Below, in pieces: positions 50,175-61,049 of a stretch of DNA of 64,000 bases. The notes beneath the pieces were generated by a model that did not search any database, was not told where the DNA came from, and saw nothing but the letters and a program-made list of their open reading frames with translations. Where the stretch lies: positions 30,219-94,218 of the forward strand of contig CAMYNG010000001.1 of the NCBI GenBank assembly GCA_947259765.1. Direction: 5' to 3'. The position numbers and the translations under genes are program-made. This DNA comes from an uncultured Ectothiorhodospiraceae bacterium (GTDB lineage Bacteria > Pseudomonadota > Gammaproteobacteria > CAMYNG01). Within the stretch, counting starts at the first letter, position 1, and the number at the start of each line of letters is the position of its first letter.

Positions 50175-50840
50175 ATGCAACTCCGGGACGCCATTCTCCA
50201 ACGTCACTCCGTTCGTGCCTATCTTGACCGCCCGGTTGAGCGCAGCACCGTGGAAGCACTCCTCGACGTCGCCCGCTGGGCGCCCTCCGGGGTGAATATG
50301 CAACCCTGGCGAGTCGCGATTTTGCAGGGGAAGACCAAGCACAACCTGGCCGTAGCCCTTAGCGATGCCCGTCGCGCCGGTCAGCCAGCCAGTCCGGACT
50401 ACGATTACTACCCGACACGTTGGAACGAGCCGTATCGGTCGCGTCGGCGTGACTGCGGTTTAAAGCTGTATCAGGCGCTGGGGATTGAGCGAGATGACAC
50501 GGAGCGCCAAATGGATGCCTGGTGTAACAACTACCGGTTTTTCGGCGCCCCGGTCGGTTTACTGTTTCACCTGGACCCACACCTGGTCACCGGTAGTTGG
50601 GTCGATATGGGGCTGTTCCTGCAGAACATCATGCTGTGCGCACTGGAACACGGCCTGGCGACCTGCCCACAGGCGTCACTGGCCGAATACCCGGATATCG
50701 TGCGCGACATACTCGGATTGCCCGCCGAACAGCGTATTTTAGGCGGCATGGCGCTCGGCTTTCCGGACCCGGACGCGCCGGTGAATCGCTACCGCCTGGA
50801 GCGTGAGACCGTGGAGACGTTTACGACCTGGTACGACTAA
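50175..50840 (+). CDS. Nitroreductase-family flavoprotein
   Basis: The N-terminus RHSVRAYLDRPVE....LLDVARWAPSGVNMQPWR is present, and the C-terminal region follows the typical nitroreductase fold pattern. Confidence 0.85.
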   Translation: MQLRDAILQRHSVRAYLDRPVERSTVEALLDVARWAPSGVNMQPWRVAILQGKTKHNLAVALSDARRAGQPASPDYDYYPTRWNEPYRSRRRDCGLKLYQALGIERDDTERQMDAWCNNYRFFGAPVGLLFHLDPHLVTGSWVDMGLFLQNIMLCALEHGLATCPQASLAEYPDIVRDILGLPAEQRILGGMALGFPDPDAPVNRYRLERETVETFTTWYD

Positions 50841-50849
50841 ATCCGCGAC

Positions 50850-51800
50850 ATGACATCCAAACCCATAACCTACCGCGGCCGGTTTGCGCCCTCGCCCACC
50901 GGACCGTTACATTTTGGTTCGCTTGTGGCGGCCCTGGGCAGCTATCTGGACGCCCGTGCCGTCGGCGGCCAATGGCTGGTACGCATGGAAGATCTCGACC
51001 CGCCGCGCGAGGTACCCGGAGCCGCGGCGGAGATCCTGCACAGCCTGGAACTTCTCGGCTTGCACTGGGATGAGGCGGTGATGTATCAGAGCCAGCGAGC
51101 GAACGCTTACGCGGAGGTTCTGGACAACTTGCTGCGTGCAGACCGTGCCTATCCTTGCGCCTGCAGCCGCAAGGAGATTGAGACCACCCTGGCCAACACC
51201 GACGCGTTGGTCTATCCCGGCACTTGTCGAAACGGGCTGGCGGCCGGTCGAACACCTCGCTCGGTGCGGACCCGCGTCGAGGAATTGAACATCGCCTTCC
51301 ACGATGCCATTCAGGGGCCGTACGCCCAGCAACTGGACCGAGAGGTTGGCGATTTTGTCATTCGGCGTGCCGACGGCCTGATGGCCTATCAGCTCGCCGT
51401 GATTGTTGATGATGCCGCCCAAGGGATCACCCACGTGGTTCGCGGCAGCGATCTGCTGGACTCGACGCCCCGGCAGATTTTCCTGCAACAGCAGCTCGAC
51501 TATGTGACTCCCGACTATGCTCACTTGCCGCTCGCTGTTAACGCCGAAGGTGTAAAACTGAGTAAGCAGACCCGCGCGCCGGCTATCGACATTCATCGGC
51601 CTTCGCGCGCTATGTGGGCCGCACTACGGTTTCTTGGCCAGGACCCGCCGGTTGAACTCGCGGACGTCCCCGCCGCCGATCTGTTAAGCTGGGCCAACGA
51701 ACACTGGGAACGTTCCGCAGTACCGTCGCAGCGTACCCTGCATACGCAGCATGACTCGGCGGCAAGCGGTTTGACCGCACCTGCCGGCGGGATAGAATAA
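50850..51800 (+). CDS. gluQ: tRNA glutamyl-Q(34) synthetase GluQRS (YadB)
   Basis: The HIGH region is present (GRFAPSPTGPLHFGSL), then VRMEDLD, and Zn-binding cysteines (CACSRKE...YPGTC). The KMSKS-like element is KLSKQ. The protein has the truncated GluRS size. Confidence 0.92.
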   Translation: MTSKPITYRGRFAPSPTGPLHFGSLVAALGSYLDARAVGGQWLVRMEDLDPPREVPGAAAEILHSLELLGLHWDEAVMYQSQRANAYAEVLDNLLRADRAYPCACSRKEIETTLANTDALVYPGTCRNGLAAGRTPRSVRTRVEELNIAFHDAIQGPYAQQLDREVGDFVIRRADGLMAYQLAVIVDDAAQGITHVVRGSDLLDSTPRQIFLQQQLDYVTPDYAHLPLAVNAEGVKLSKQTRAPAIDIHRPSRAMWAALRFLGQDPPVELADVPAADLLSWANEHWERSAVPSQRTLHTQHDSAASGLTAPAGGIE

Positions 51801-51836
51801 AAACCAAACCTCTAAATCGGTCGGAGAATTTACCGC

Positions 51837-52298
51837 ATGAGCCGTCCCGCACCCGCTGAGACCAGTCCGTTTGTAAACGCGTTCTGGGGCTCATTCACCA
51901 GCATGTTGCGCTGGCCGCAACTCGACAAGTTATGGCTCACGCTGCGCCAACAGAAAGACAAATCCTGGTTTATCTACGCGGTAGGTGAAGCACCCCCCGA
52001 CGTTCCAGTAAGCCGCGAGGAACTGGATCGATTTATAGACGAACTCGATACGCTGCTGCGGCGTGAACACGAAGAACGCTATTGCGGCATCGTTTACGTT
52101 GACCAACCCGCAGACCCGACCTTTATCAAGGTTTACGACCCGAACAACCTCGGCATGGTCTGTGGTTCGAGTGGTGGACCGCCGCCCTATCCAGGCTGGA
52201 TCCTGTCGTTAATACCGCCAGAGGATCTTGACGACGCCCTGCTCCCGCCGGGCAATCGACGACGCTGGTGGCAACGATTATTTAACACTAAAAAATAA
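51837..52298 (+). CDS. Hypothetical protein
   Basis: This is a 153-aa ORF in the coding-dense region between gluQ and the PilZ gene. I recognise no motif. Confidence 0.5.
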   Translation: MSRPAPAETSPFVNAFWGSFTSMLRWPQLDKLWLTLRQQKDKSWFIYAVGEAPPDVPVSREELDRFIDELDTLLRREHEERYCGIVYVDQPADPTFIKVYDPNNLGMVCGSSGGPPPYPGWILSLIPPEDLDDALLPPGNRRRWWQRLFNTKK

Positions 52299-52310
52299 CA
52301 TCAAAATCAT

Positions 52311-53078
52311 ATGCCTGATCAGGACGCACCGCAGGAAAGAATTGATCAAAACGCGTTCGACGAATTTGCTGAATTTCTCGTCGAAACCGAACTTGAAAAA
52401 ACTCGTATTTTTCGTGACCTGGCGAAAGCAGGCACCATGGTGACGGCTTACTTTGCCGGTGGCAGCAATTTCATTTTAACCACCCTATTGCACGTTGATA
52501 CCGATCGGGGGCTCCTGGTATTTGAACCGGGCCCCGACAAGGAACGCACTGCACAGCTACTGGCGAGTGGACGCCTGACCGGTGTAACTACGCATAACCA
52601 CGTCAAGGTTCAATTCGTCTGCGAAAGCCTGCAGCGTTGCAGTTACCAGGGAGAGGAAGCACTGTGTAGCGCCTTTCCATCAAGAATGCTGCGTCTGCAA
52701 CGCCGTGATACCTTTCGCCAGACCGTGCCGGTGGGTATGCGCATAAAATGCGAACTACACACGCGAACTGATCAGCTGCACGATTTGTTGCTGGTAGACA
52801 TTAGTTCAGGCGGTATTTGCGTGGCGGATGAAACAGCCCAAATAGACCTGCAACCCACGACCATCATTCCGGAGTGCAAAATTCTTTTGCCCGAGCATGG
52901 CACAATTGAAGCTCGTCTTGAGGTACGTAACCGTTACGTGGTGACATTAAAAACCGGCCGCGAGGTACAACGCTTTGGCTGCCAGTTTGTCCACCTGCCG
53001 TCACGGATGAACTCTGTGGTGCAGCGGTTTATTATTTCTATAGATCGCGAGCGGCGTCGGCTGGACACTCGCGGTTAA
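52311..53078 (+). CDS. YcgR-like c-di-GMP-binding protein (YcgR_2 N-domain plus PilZ)
   Basis: The PilZ motifs RLQRRDTFRQ (RxxxR) and DISSGGICV (D/NxSxxG) have the correct spacing. The N-terminal ~110 aa are YcgR-N-like. Confidence 0.8.
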   Translation: MPDQDAPQERIDQNAFDEFAEFLVETELEKTRIFRDLAKAGTMVTAYFAGGSNFILTTLLHVDTDRGLLVFEPGPDKERTAQLLASGRLTGVTTHNHVKVQFVCESLQRCSYQGEEALCSAFPSRMLRLQRRDTFRQTVPVGMRIKCELHTRTDQLHDLLLVDISSGGICVADETAQIDLQPTTIIPECKILLPEHGTIEARLEVRNRYVVTLKTGREVQRFGCQFVHLPSRMNSVVQRFIISIDRERRRLDTRG

Positions 53079-53150
53079 GAATGTAAGGGTTTTAATGATT
53101 CCGCCGGAAAATAATCCGGCACACAACAACAATACCGAAGGAGAGCCATC

Positions 53151-55103
53151 ATGTCGGACGACAAGGTGTATGAGGTACCCGCCCGGGTTGCCGATCAGGC
53201 ATTGATTACCGCTGATATGTACGACAGTCTGTACCGGCAGTCTGTCGATGACCCGGAAAAGTTCTGGGCTGAACAAGCGGAAAAATTTGTCACCTGGTTC
53301 AAGCCCTGGAAAAAGGTGATGGACTGGAACTATGATGCGGACAATTTGTACGTAAAGTGGTTCGAGGGCGGCAAACTCAACGTTAGCTACAACTGCATTG
53401 ACCGCCATCTGGACACTCGCGCGGATCAGGTCGCTCTGCTTTGGGAAGGGGACGACCCCGCAATTGATAAAAAAATTACCTATCGCGAGTTGCACCAGGA
53501 AGTGTGTCGGTTCGCGAATGTTTTAAAAACTCGCGGCGTCAAGAAAGGCGATCGAGTCTGCATCTATATGCCGATGATTGTCGAGGCGGCCTACGCCATG
53601 CTGGCTTGCACTCGTATTGGTGCCGTGCACTCGGTTGTATTCGGCGGATTTTCACCGGAGTCTCTGAAAGACCGCATTCTTGATTCGGATTGCCAAACCG
53701 TAATCACCGCCGATGAGGGCTTGCGTGGCGGCAAAAAGGTTTACCTCAAGTCACACGCTGATGAGGCGGTAAAGTCCTGCCCAAACGTGCATTCGGTAAT
53801 CGTTGTACAAAACACCTCGGGTGATGTTGACTGGAATCCGGAGCGCGACGTCTGGTACCACGATGCTATGGCAGAGGCCTCCAACGATTGTCCACCCGAG
53901 GAAATGGATGCCGAAGACCCGCTGTTCATACTTTACACTTCAGGTTCAACCGGCAAACCCAAGGGCGTACTGCATACCACCGGGGGTTATCTGGTGTTCG
54001 CCGCTATTACGCATAAATATACCTTTGACTACCAGGACGGTGAGGTTTACTGGTGCACCGCCGACGTCGGTTGGGTCACTGGCCATACGTACATTGTTTA
54101 CGGTCCGTTGGCCAACGGTGCCATTAGCGTCATGTTCGAAGGCATTCCGACCTATCCTGATTCGTCGCGCTTCTGGCAGGTCTGCGATAAACACAATGTC
54201 AATATTTTTTACACGGCGCCAACCGCTATCCGCGCACTCATGCGCGACGGTGACGAGCCGGTGAAAAAAACCAAACGCAGCAGCTTGCGGATACTGGGCA
54301 CAGTCGGCGAACCCATTAACCCGGAAGCCTGGGAATGGTACTACCATGTAGTGGGAGACGGCCGGTGTCCGATAGTGGATACCTGGTGGCAAACCGAAAC
54401 CGGCGGGCACTTACTCACACCCCTGCCCGGCGCGACAGCCCTTAAACCGGGTTCCGCGACGCGGCCGTTTTTTGGAGTCGTTCCCGGCATTGTCGATACG
54501 GAAACCAATCAGCTAATTGAAGGCGACGGTGAGGCCTCCGGGGCGCTGGTGATCACCCGGCCCTGGCCGGCGCAAATGCGTACCGTTTACGGTGATCACC
54601 AACGCTTTGTCGACACCTATTTTAAAACCTATCCGGGCTACTATTTTTCCGGTGATGGCGCCAAACGGGATGCGGATGGCTACTACTGGATCACCGGACG
54701 AATGGATGACGTGCTGAATGTCTCCGGCCACCGGATGGGCACCGCGGAAGTTGAGAGCGCATTGGTCCTGCATGATGCGGTCGCCGAAGCAGCCGTGGTC
54801 GGTTACCCGCATGATATTAAAGGTCAAGGTATATACGCGTACGTCACACTGATTAAAGGCATCGAACCCAGTGATGATCTGAGAGCCGAACTGCTGGCGA
54901 TAACGGTTAAGGAAATCGGCCCGATAGCGAAACCTGACCTTATTCAGTGGGCGCCGGGGTTACCCAAAACGCGCTCGGGAAAAATAATGCGCCGAATTTT
55001 GCGCAAGATTGCAGAAAATGATTTAGGCAATCTGGGCGACACCAGTACCCTGGCAGACCCGGCAGTGGTCGACGACCTGATCAAGAATCGCGCGAATCAG
55101 TAG
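53151..55103 (+). CDS. acs: Acetyl-CoA synthetase
   Basis: The AMP-binding motif is present ([16 protein letters not shown]), along with [39 protein letters not shown], and the acetylatable Lys region [11 protein letters not shown]. Confidence 0.97.
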   Translation: MSDDKVYEVPARVADQALITADMYDSLYRQSVDDPEKFWAEQAEKFVTWFKPWKKVMDWNYDADNLYVKWFEGGKLNVSYNCIDRHLDTRADQVALLWEGDDPAIDKKITYRELHQEVCRFANVLKTRGVKKGDRVCIYMPMIVEAAYAMLACTRIGAVHSVVFGGFSPESLKDRILDSDCQTVITADEGLRGGKKVYLKSHADEAVKSCPNVHSVIVVQNTSGDVDWNPERDVWYHDAMAEASNDCPPEEMDAEDPLFILYTSGSTGKPKGVLHTTGGYLVFAAITHKYTFDYQDGEVYWCTADVGWVTGHTYIVYGPLANGAISVMFEGIPTYPDSSRFWQVCDKHNVNIFYTAPTAIRALMRDGDEPVKKTKRSSLRILGTVGEPINPEAWEWYYHVVGDGRCPIVDTWWQTETGGHLLTPLPGATALKPGSATRPFFGVVPGIVDTETNQLIEGDGEASGALVITRPWPAQMRTVYGDHQRFVDTYFKTYPGYYFSGDGAKRDADGYYWITGRMDDVLNVSGHRMGTAEVESALVLHDAVAEAAVVGYPHDIKGQGIYAYVTLIKGIEPSDDLRAELLAITVKEIGPIAKPDLIQWAPGLPKTRSGKIMRRILRKIAENDLGNLGDTSTLADPAVVDDLIKNRANQ

Positions 55104-55159
55104 CCTGGAAGCAGAACAACGCGAACCCGCAGGCCGCCACTACCGGAGAGTACCCTGCG

Positions 55160-56155
55160 TTGATCCGCAACGCTGACTTTAAACCGCACCCCTGGTTACG
55201 TGGGCCACACCTGCAGACCTTATGGGCTGCGTTGTTGCGTCGGCGTTCTCGTCCCAACGTCTCGCGCGAGCGTCTGGAACTTGAGGACGGTGATTTTCTT
55301 GACCTGAGCTGGATGCCGGTCTCCCCCGGACCGGTGGTGTTGGTATTGCACGGGCTGGAAGGATCCCTGCGTTCTCCCTACGCGGCCAACTTGCTGACGA
55401 CCTTACATGCGCGCGGTTATCATCCGGTGTTGATGCACTTTCGTGGTTGCAGTGGCGAGCCCAACCGTTTACCGCGACGCTACCATTTTGGTGACACCGG
55501 CGATCTCGACCTTGTTCGTCGACACATCCGCACTCGCTTTGCGGACAAACCACTGGCCATGGTCGGCTTTTCCTTGGGCGGAAACGTATTATTAAAATGG
55601 CTGGGTGAGACCGGCAATGCAACCGATGTAGCCGGAGCAGTGGCCGTATCCGTACCGTTTAATTTGCATGACGCGGCGGACCGCTTAAACATCGGACTCT
55701 CGCAAATTTATCAGTATCACCTGTTGCGAAAACTGAAGGCATCCGTGCGGAGTAAACAAACGTTATTAACACCGCATGTGGATATCAAAAAGGTACTACG
55801 CAGTCGCAGCTTTTGGGAATTTGATGACTGGTTGACGGCACCGTTGCATGGCTTTAGAGATGTGGATGATTACTATACCCGTGCAACTTCGTTACCTTAC
55901 CTACAAAAGATAGAAACACCTACTTTGGTTCTGCATGCCCGGGATGATCCGTTCATGCTGCCGCAAAATGTACCCGATGAAACCGCACTATCAAAATCAA
56001 CACTACTTGAGTTATCTGATGCGGGAGGCCATGTGGGTTTTGTTTCGACTCTTGCAAACGGCACACCAAATTATTGGCTACAGGAGCGTATACTTCGCTA
56101 TCTTGATACCATTTTTCAGCGAATTGATGTTGCGCAGGCAGCGAGCAGACGCTGA
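55160..56155 (+). CDS. yheT: YheT-like alpha/beta hydrolase
   Basis: It has a TTG start. It is collinear with E. coli YheT (LELEDGDFLDLSW, HGLEGSLRSPYA, HFRGCSGEPNR, GFSLGGN, EFDD, HARDDPFM, GGHVGF). Confidence 0.85.
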   Translation: MIRNADFKPHPWLRGPHLQTLWAALLRRRSRPNVSRERLELEDGDFLDLSWMPVSPGPVVLVLHGLEGSLRSPYAANLLTTLHARGYHPVLMHFRGCSGEPNRLPRRYHFGDTGDLDLVRRHIRTRFADKPLAMVGFSLGGNVLLKWLGETGNATDVAGAVAVSVPFNLHDAADRLNIGLSQIYQYHLLRKLKASVRSKQTLLTPHVDIKKVLRSRSFWEFDDWLTAPLHGFRDVDDYYTRATSLPYLQKIETPTLVLHARDDPFMLPQNVPDETALSKSTLLELSDAGGHVGFVSTLANGTPNYWLQERILRYLDTIFQRIDVAQAASRR

Positions 56156-56167
56156 CTGCCCGCAGAA

Positions 56168-56503
56168 TTAATCAGTTCGCTCGCCGGTTTCGATTTCACG
56201 CAATACGCCATCTTTGAAGGTTAACACCCTCAGTAACGAGCCGGACCCAAGGTTATAAGTCCACTTTTCAACCTTTACTTTCTCTCCCTCGATTTTAATA
56301 CTTTCATCCGTTCGATTGGCGATTTCAGATTCATCCACGCGAACAACTTCTTTTTGCATCGGCTCGCCGCAGCTCATCAGCACTTTGGCATTACTGTCTC
56401 CAGTCTTAACGAGTTTCTTGCCGCAACGCATACTGCTTGCCAAAGCGTCCTGTGCGAGAAGGCTAAAAACGACCAAAACTACGGTGATTATTCCCAGCTT
56501 CAT
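56168..56503 (-). CDS. DUF2845-family periplasmic protein
   Basis: GGGAGAG lies upstream of the ATG at 56503. A signal peptide is followed by MRCGKKLVKTGDS...VLMSCGEP and WTYN.G......LTF..G.L..IE, the pattern typical of DUF2845. Confidence 0.7.
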   Translation of the reverse strand: MKLGIITVVLVVFSLLAQDALASSMRCGKKLVKTGDSNAKVLMSCGEPMQKEVVRVDESEIANRTDESIKIEGEKVKVEKWTYNLGSGSLLRVLTFKDGVLREIETGERTD

Positions 56504-56556
56504 TCTGCTCTCCCTGATGTATGTCGAACGGATGATTCCCTGAAAATTTTTCATCA

Positions 56557-56847
56557 TTACTCGCTACGGTATTCACGCTGTACATGGGCCACCTGTACAG
56601 CATAGGATTTGTACCACCTTGATCGGCCCCGGGCCTGCGCTTGCAAATGCTCCGGGTCGGCCTTCCAGCGCTCGATATGCTTCAGACTTGGCCAATAGGA
56701 CAAGGTGATCTCCTGTCCGTCCGCGGCAAGCGAAGAAACCCCAAGGCAGCCGTATTTGTCCGTTGCCAGTTGCCTCATGCGTTCTGCCATTTGATGATAC
56801 TCTGCATCGAGCACATTGAGCTCAGCTTTGAAAATTACCGCGTACAT
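56557..56847 (-). CDS. Antibiotic-biosynthesis-monooxygenase (ABM) domain protein
   Basis: MYAVIFKAEL...GCLGVSSL....EITLSYWPSLKHIERWKADPEH matches the ferredoxin-like ABM pattern. I prefer a start at the 12th codon of the ORF. Confidence 0.8.
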   Translation of the reverse strand: MYAVIFKAELNVLDAEYHQMAERMRQLATDKYGCLGVSSLAADGQEITLSYWPSLKHIERWKADPEHLQAQARGRSRWYKSYAVQVAHVQREYRSE

Positions 56848-56954
56848 TGTCCGGGTTCCATTTTGCGAATCGAATAGCAATTCAACAAGCGTTCCTGACT
56901 AGAACAACTATACTTTGAAATACTCTCGACAATTCTCTCATCACGGATATCAAA

Positions 56955-57482
56955 GTGCGAGCCATTCAGATACTAACATTATTCTTCCTGTGTAATTTGG
57001 CAGCAGCTGTTGCCAGCGATGGTCAAGAAAGCGAAGAGGCCAAATTCGTAGCGACCCCCTATACCGAACAAAAGGTTGTGTTCGATTTTTATTTCGATGA
57101 TCCGGAAAAAATTAATTCCGGTCTTTACTGGATAAGGGCGTTACTTGGCCCACTAATTGAAGATCCCTATAACTACGCGCCCGAATTTCTTGACATCAAA
57201 GTCGTTATTCACGGCACCGAAATTGTCACCGTGGCGAAAAAGAATTATGCCAAGTATAAGTCCGCGGTTGAGCGCATGCGCTATTACGCGGCTCTCGGGG
57301 TTGAATTCAAAATCTGTGGTCTGGCCGCCCAGGACTTCGGCTACGTGCGCAAAGATTTTCAGGAATTTGTCGAGATCGTGCCCTCGGCTATTACCGAACT
57401 CGCCCACTGGCAACTGCAGGGTTACGCAGTGATTGCCCCCAAAGTCATGACAAAAAAACTCAGCGTGGAGGATATTCGCTGA
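56955..57482 (+). CDS. DsrE/DsrF-like (COG1416-type) protein with a signal peptide
   Basis: It has a GTG start. The pattern KVVFDFYFDD...IKVVIHGTEI...GVEFKICGLAA...VPSAITELAHWQLQGYAVIAP fits the DsrE-like family. Confidence 0.65.
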   Translation: MRAIQILTLFFLCNLAAAVASDGQESEEAKFVATPYTEQKVVFDFYFDDPEKINSGLYWIRALLGPLIEDPYNYAPEFLDIKVVIHGTEIVTVAKKNYAKYKSAVERMRYYAALGVEFKICGLAAQDFGYVRKDFQEFVEIVPSAITELAHWQLQGYAVIAPKVMTKKLSVEDIR

Positions 57483-57564
57483 CGCATCCGTAAGTCGCTG
57501 TCAAGGTTTCGTCCTGACGCCTCAACCGTTACAATGTGCGGCCGCTTTAGCAGCCGGCTTTGTG

Positions 57565-60500
57565 ATGTCTGACACTGATTTAACAAACCCATTCCAACCT
57601 CCAGCACCGGAAAAACCGGGACAAAAGGCCTATTGGGGGCGACTCTACGGTAGTAGTTTCGGTCTTGTAATTGCCCAGGCCGCTCAGCGCCTTGATGGAC
57701 CCGTGGTGGTGATCACCCCCGACACTGCCAGCGCCCAACGGCTGGAATATTCACTGCGTTTCTATCTGGGTCATTCCGACGTTCCCTTACTGCGATTCGC
57801 GGACCGTGAAACACTTCCTTATGATGTGTTTTCACCACATCAGGACATCATTTCCCATCGACTTACGGCGCTTTATCAGCTGCCAAACCTTAAGCGCGGA
57901 ATCATGATCGTTCCGGTGCAGACCCTAATGCACCGAATCAGCCCGCACGAATTTATTACTGCTAATAGTTTGTTACTTGACGTGGGTCAGACGCTTGACC
58001 TTGACGCAATGCGCTCCCGCCTGCAGGAAAGCGGCTACAACTGTGTGTCGTCGGTGCTTGAGCACGGTGAATTCGCCATACGTGGAAGTTTGCTCGATCT
58101 GTATCCCATGGGCAGCCAGGTCCCTTTCCGCATCGAGCTTTTTGACAATGAAATTGAGAGTATTCGGACCTTTGATCCGGAATCGCAGCGCTCCGTCGAT
58201 AACGTCGAGCAAATTCGCCTGCTACCGGCGCGCGAATTCCCGCTAAACAAGGATGCCACGACGCGGTTTCGCCAAGCCTGGCGGGCTCGCTTTGAAGGGG
58301 ACCCCGGTGCCTCGGCGATGTATCGCGATGTCAGTAATGGTTTGGCTCCGCCGGGCATCGAGTATTACTTGCCCTTGTTCTTTGCCAACACAGAGACATT
58401 GTTCGACTACCTGCCGGCAAACACCTTGCTAATTGAAGAGCATGGCCTTGAAGGTGCGGTAGACCAGTTCTGGGGCGAAATCAGTCAGCGTTTTGAACAG
58501 GGCCGGCATAACCTTGAGCGGCCTTTGTTGCCACCTGCGGATGTTTTTCTTCCGAGTAATGAGATGTTCGCCGGGCTTAAGCGCTTTAGCCGGGTAGACC
58601 TGCAACCGTTTGAGCAGATACACAAGCAGGCTAGCAATTTTGCAACCAATGCGCCCACCACTCTATTGCTCGACGTACGTGCGGACCGACCCGCCGCCAG
58701 TCTGCTGGACTTTATTAATAACTTTGACGGTCGTGTGTTGTTCGCCGCTGAAACTACGGGCCGTCGTGAGTATCTGCTGGAATTGTTAAACAGCTATGAC
58801 ATTCGCCCGGTAACCGTTGATGACTGGCAATCCTTTCTGGACGCTCCGGAAGCGCTGGCGATCACCGTCGCACCACTGGAACAGGGGCTGTCGCTAAACG
58901 ACCCACGTATCGAGATCATCGCCGAGCCGCAGCTATTTGGGCCGCAGGTACTGCAGCGCCGCCGCCGCAAGCGTGCGCAACGTGACAGCGACACCATAAT
59001 CCGGAATCTTGTCGAGCTGACACCCGGCGTACCTGTTGTGCACGAAGATCACGGCGTTGGGCGCTATCTTGGATTGCAATCGCTAAAGGTAGGCGAAATC
59101 GAGCAGGAATTTCTCACATTGGAATACGCTGGCGGCGACAAACTCTACGTGCCTGTTGCGTCACTGCATCTTATTGGCCGTTATACCGGCAGCGCACCCG
59201 ATACCGCGCCATTACATAAGCTTGGCAGTGGCCAGTGGGAACGTGCAAAACGCAAGGCCACCGAGCGGGTACGCGACGTCGCCGCGGAACTGCTTGATGT
59301 ATACGCTCGCCGTGAAGCACGTACGGGTTTTGCGTATCCGTTTGATGACCATCAATACCTCGCTTTTGCCAACGCCTTTCCGTTTGAAGAAACACCGGAC
59401 CAACAACAGGCGATCGATAACGTCATTGCCAACATGCGCGCCGAACAACCGATGGATCATCTTGTGTGTGGCGATGTCGGCTTCGGTAAAACCGAAGTTG
59501 CCATGCGGGCCGCATTTATCGCGGTAGCAGCGGGTAAGCAAGTCGCAATTTTGGCACCGACAACCCTGCTAACCCAGCAACATTTGGAGAACCTACGGGA
59601 TCGTTTCGCAGACTGGCCAGTGAGAATTGAATCTCTGTCTCGTTTCCGCTCAAAAAAAGAACAGGCTTCGGTTATTCGCGATCTGGAGCAAGGAACCGTT
59701 GATATCGTTATCGGTACGCACAAGCTGCTGCAGGACGAAATTAAATTCAAACGCCTTGGCCTGGTCGTTATCGATGAAGAACACCGGTTTGGCGTACGAC
59801 AGAAAGAACGGTTTAAATCTCTTCGCGCCGAGGTCGACATTTTAACACTGACTGCAACACCCATTCCGCGAACGTTGAATATGGCGCTGTCAGGTTTGCG
59901 AGACCTCTCTATTATTGCCACGCCTCCGGCGCGACGTCTGGCCATTAAAACGTTTGTGTCGGAATGGAACGATCAGCTGATGCAGGAGGCCTGTCTGCGT
60001 GAGATAAAGCGCGGTGGTCAAGTCTACTTTCTGCATAACGAAGTGGAAACCATTGAAAAACACACCGACAACATCAGACAACTGGTACCGGAGGCAACGG
60101 TACATTTTGCGCACGGCCAGATGCGCGAGCGTGAATTGGAGCAGGCAATGTCGGATTTCTATCACCAGCGTTTTAACATTCTGGTGTGCACTACGATCAT
60201 CGAAACCGGTATTGATATTCCCAGCGCCAACACAATAATCATAAATCGCGCTGACAAGTTTGGCCTGGCCCAACTTTATCAGTTACGCGGGCGGGTCGGC
60301 CGCTCACACCATCGGGCTTACGCCTACCTGATTACACCAGCCAAAAAGGCCCTCTCTGCCGACGCGCAGAAACGACTGGCCGCCATTGAATCTATGGAAG
60401 AGCTGGGCACAGGCTTTACGCTGGCTACCCACGATCTTGAGATCCGCGGCGCCGGCGAGTTACTTGGCGACGAACAAAGTGGCCAAATGCAGGAGATCGG

Positions 60501-61035
60501 TTACACGATGTATACCGAATTGCTGGAGCGCGCGGTCACCGCGCTAAGAGAAGGACGCGAACCCGAGCTGGATAAACCACTTGCTCACGCTTCGGAAGTG
60601 GACCTGCATATTCCGGCACTGATACCCGACGACTACCTGCCTGATATTCACGAACGACTGATAATTTACAAACGCATCGCCAGTTGCACGCGCTTCGATG
60701 AACTGCGAGATCTACAGGTTGAAATGATAGATCGGTTTGGCTTGTTACCTGAACCGACCAAAAATCTGTTTCGCGTTACCGAGATCAAACTCAGGGCTAG
60801 TCCGTTGGGGATTACGAAAATCGACGTCGGCCCGGCGGGTGGTCGTATTACCTTCTGTACCCAGCCCGACATTGATCCCATCCGCATCATCCAGCTGATT
60901 CAGAACGACCCTGCCATTTACAAATTAGATGGAAACGAACGTTTGCGCATAACTCGCAAGCTTGCCGATGTCGAGTCGCGTTTGAATCAGCTTAATGAAT
61001 TGTTGGACATCTTGTCGCAGCGTGACGCCGCTTGA
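57565..61035 (+). CDS. mfd: Transcription-repair coupling factor Mfd
   Basis: The UvrB-homology N-terminus and CarD/RID region (VVHEDHGVGRYLGL) are present. Superfamily-2 helicase motifs follow (GDVGFGKTEVA, DEEHRFG, LTATPIPRT, QLRGRVGRS), then a TRG motif and C-terminal D7. Confidence 0.97.
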   Translation: MSDTDLTNPFQPPAPEKPGQKAYWGRLYGSSFGLVIAQAAQRLDGPVVVITPDTASAQRLEYSLRFYLGHSDVPLLRFADRETLPYDVFSPHQDIISHRLTALYQLPNLKRGIMIVPVQTLMHRISPHEFITANSLLLDVGQTLDLDAMRSRLQESGYNCVSSVLEHGEFAIRGSLLDLYPMGSQVPFRIELFDNEIESIRTFDPESQRSVDNVEQIRLLPAREFPLNKDATTRFRQAWRARFEGDPGASAMYRDVSNGLAPPGIEYYLPLFFANTETLFDYLPANTLLIEEHGLEGAVDQFWGEISQRFEQGRHNLERPLLPPADVFLPSNEMFAGLKRFSRVDLQPFEQIHKQASNFATNAPTTLLLDVRADRPAASLLDFINNFDGRVLFAAETTGRREYLLELLNSYDIRPVTVDDWQSFLDAPEALAITVAPLEQGLSLNDPRIEIIAEPQLFGPQVLQRRRRKRAQRDSDTIIRNLVELTPGVPVVHEDHGVGRYLGLQSLKVGEIEQEFLTLEYAGGDKLYVPVASLHLIGRYTGSAPDTAPLHKLGSGQWERAKRKATERVRDVAAELLDVYARREARTGFAYPFDDHQYLAFANAFPFEETPDQQQAIDNVIANMRAEQPMDHLVCGDVGFGKTEVAMRAAFIAVAAGKQVAILAPTTLLTQQHLENLRDRFADWPVRIESLSRFRSKKEQASVIRDLEQGTVDIVIGTHKLLQDEIKFKRLGLVVIDEEHRFGVRQKERFKSLRAEVDILTLTATPIPRTLNMALSGLRDLSIIATPPARRLAIKTFVSEWNDQLMQEACLREIKRGGQVYFLHNEVETIEKHTDNIRQLVPEATVHFAHGQMRERELEQAMSDFYHQRFNILVCTTIIETGIDIPSANTIIINRADKFGLAQLYQLRGRVGRSHHRAYAYLITPAKKALSADAQKRLAAIESMEELGTGFTLATHDLEIRGAGELLGDEQSGQMQEIGYTMYTELLERAVTALREGREPELDKPLAHASEVDLHIPALIPDDYLPDIHERLIIYKRIASCTRFDELRDLQVEMIDRFGLLPEPTKNLFRVTEIKLRASPLGITKIDVGPAGGRITFCTQPDIDPIRIIQLIQNDPAIYKLDGNERLRITRKLADVESRLNQLNELLDILSQRDAA

Positions 61036-61049
61036 AAAGGCTCTAAATA

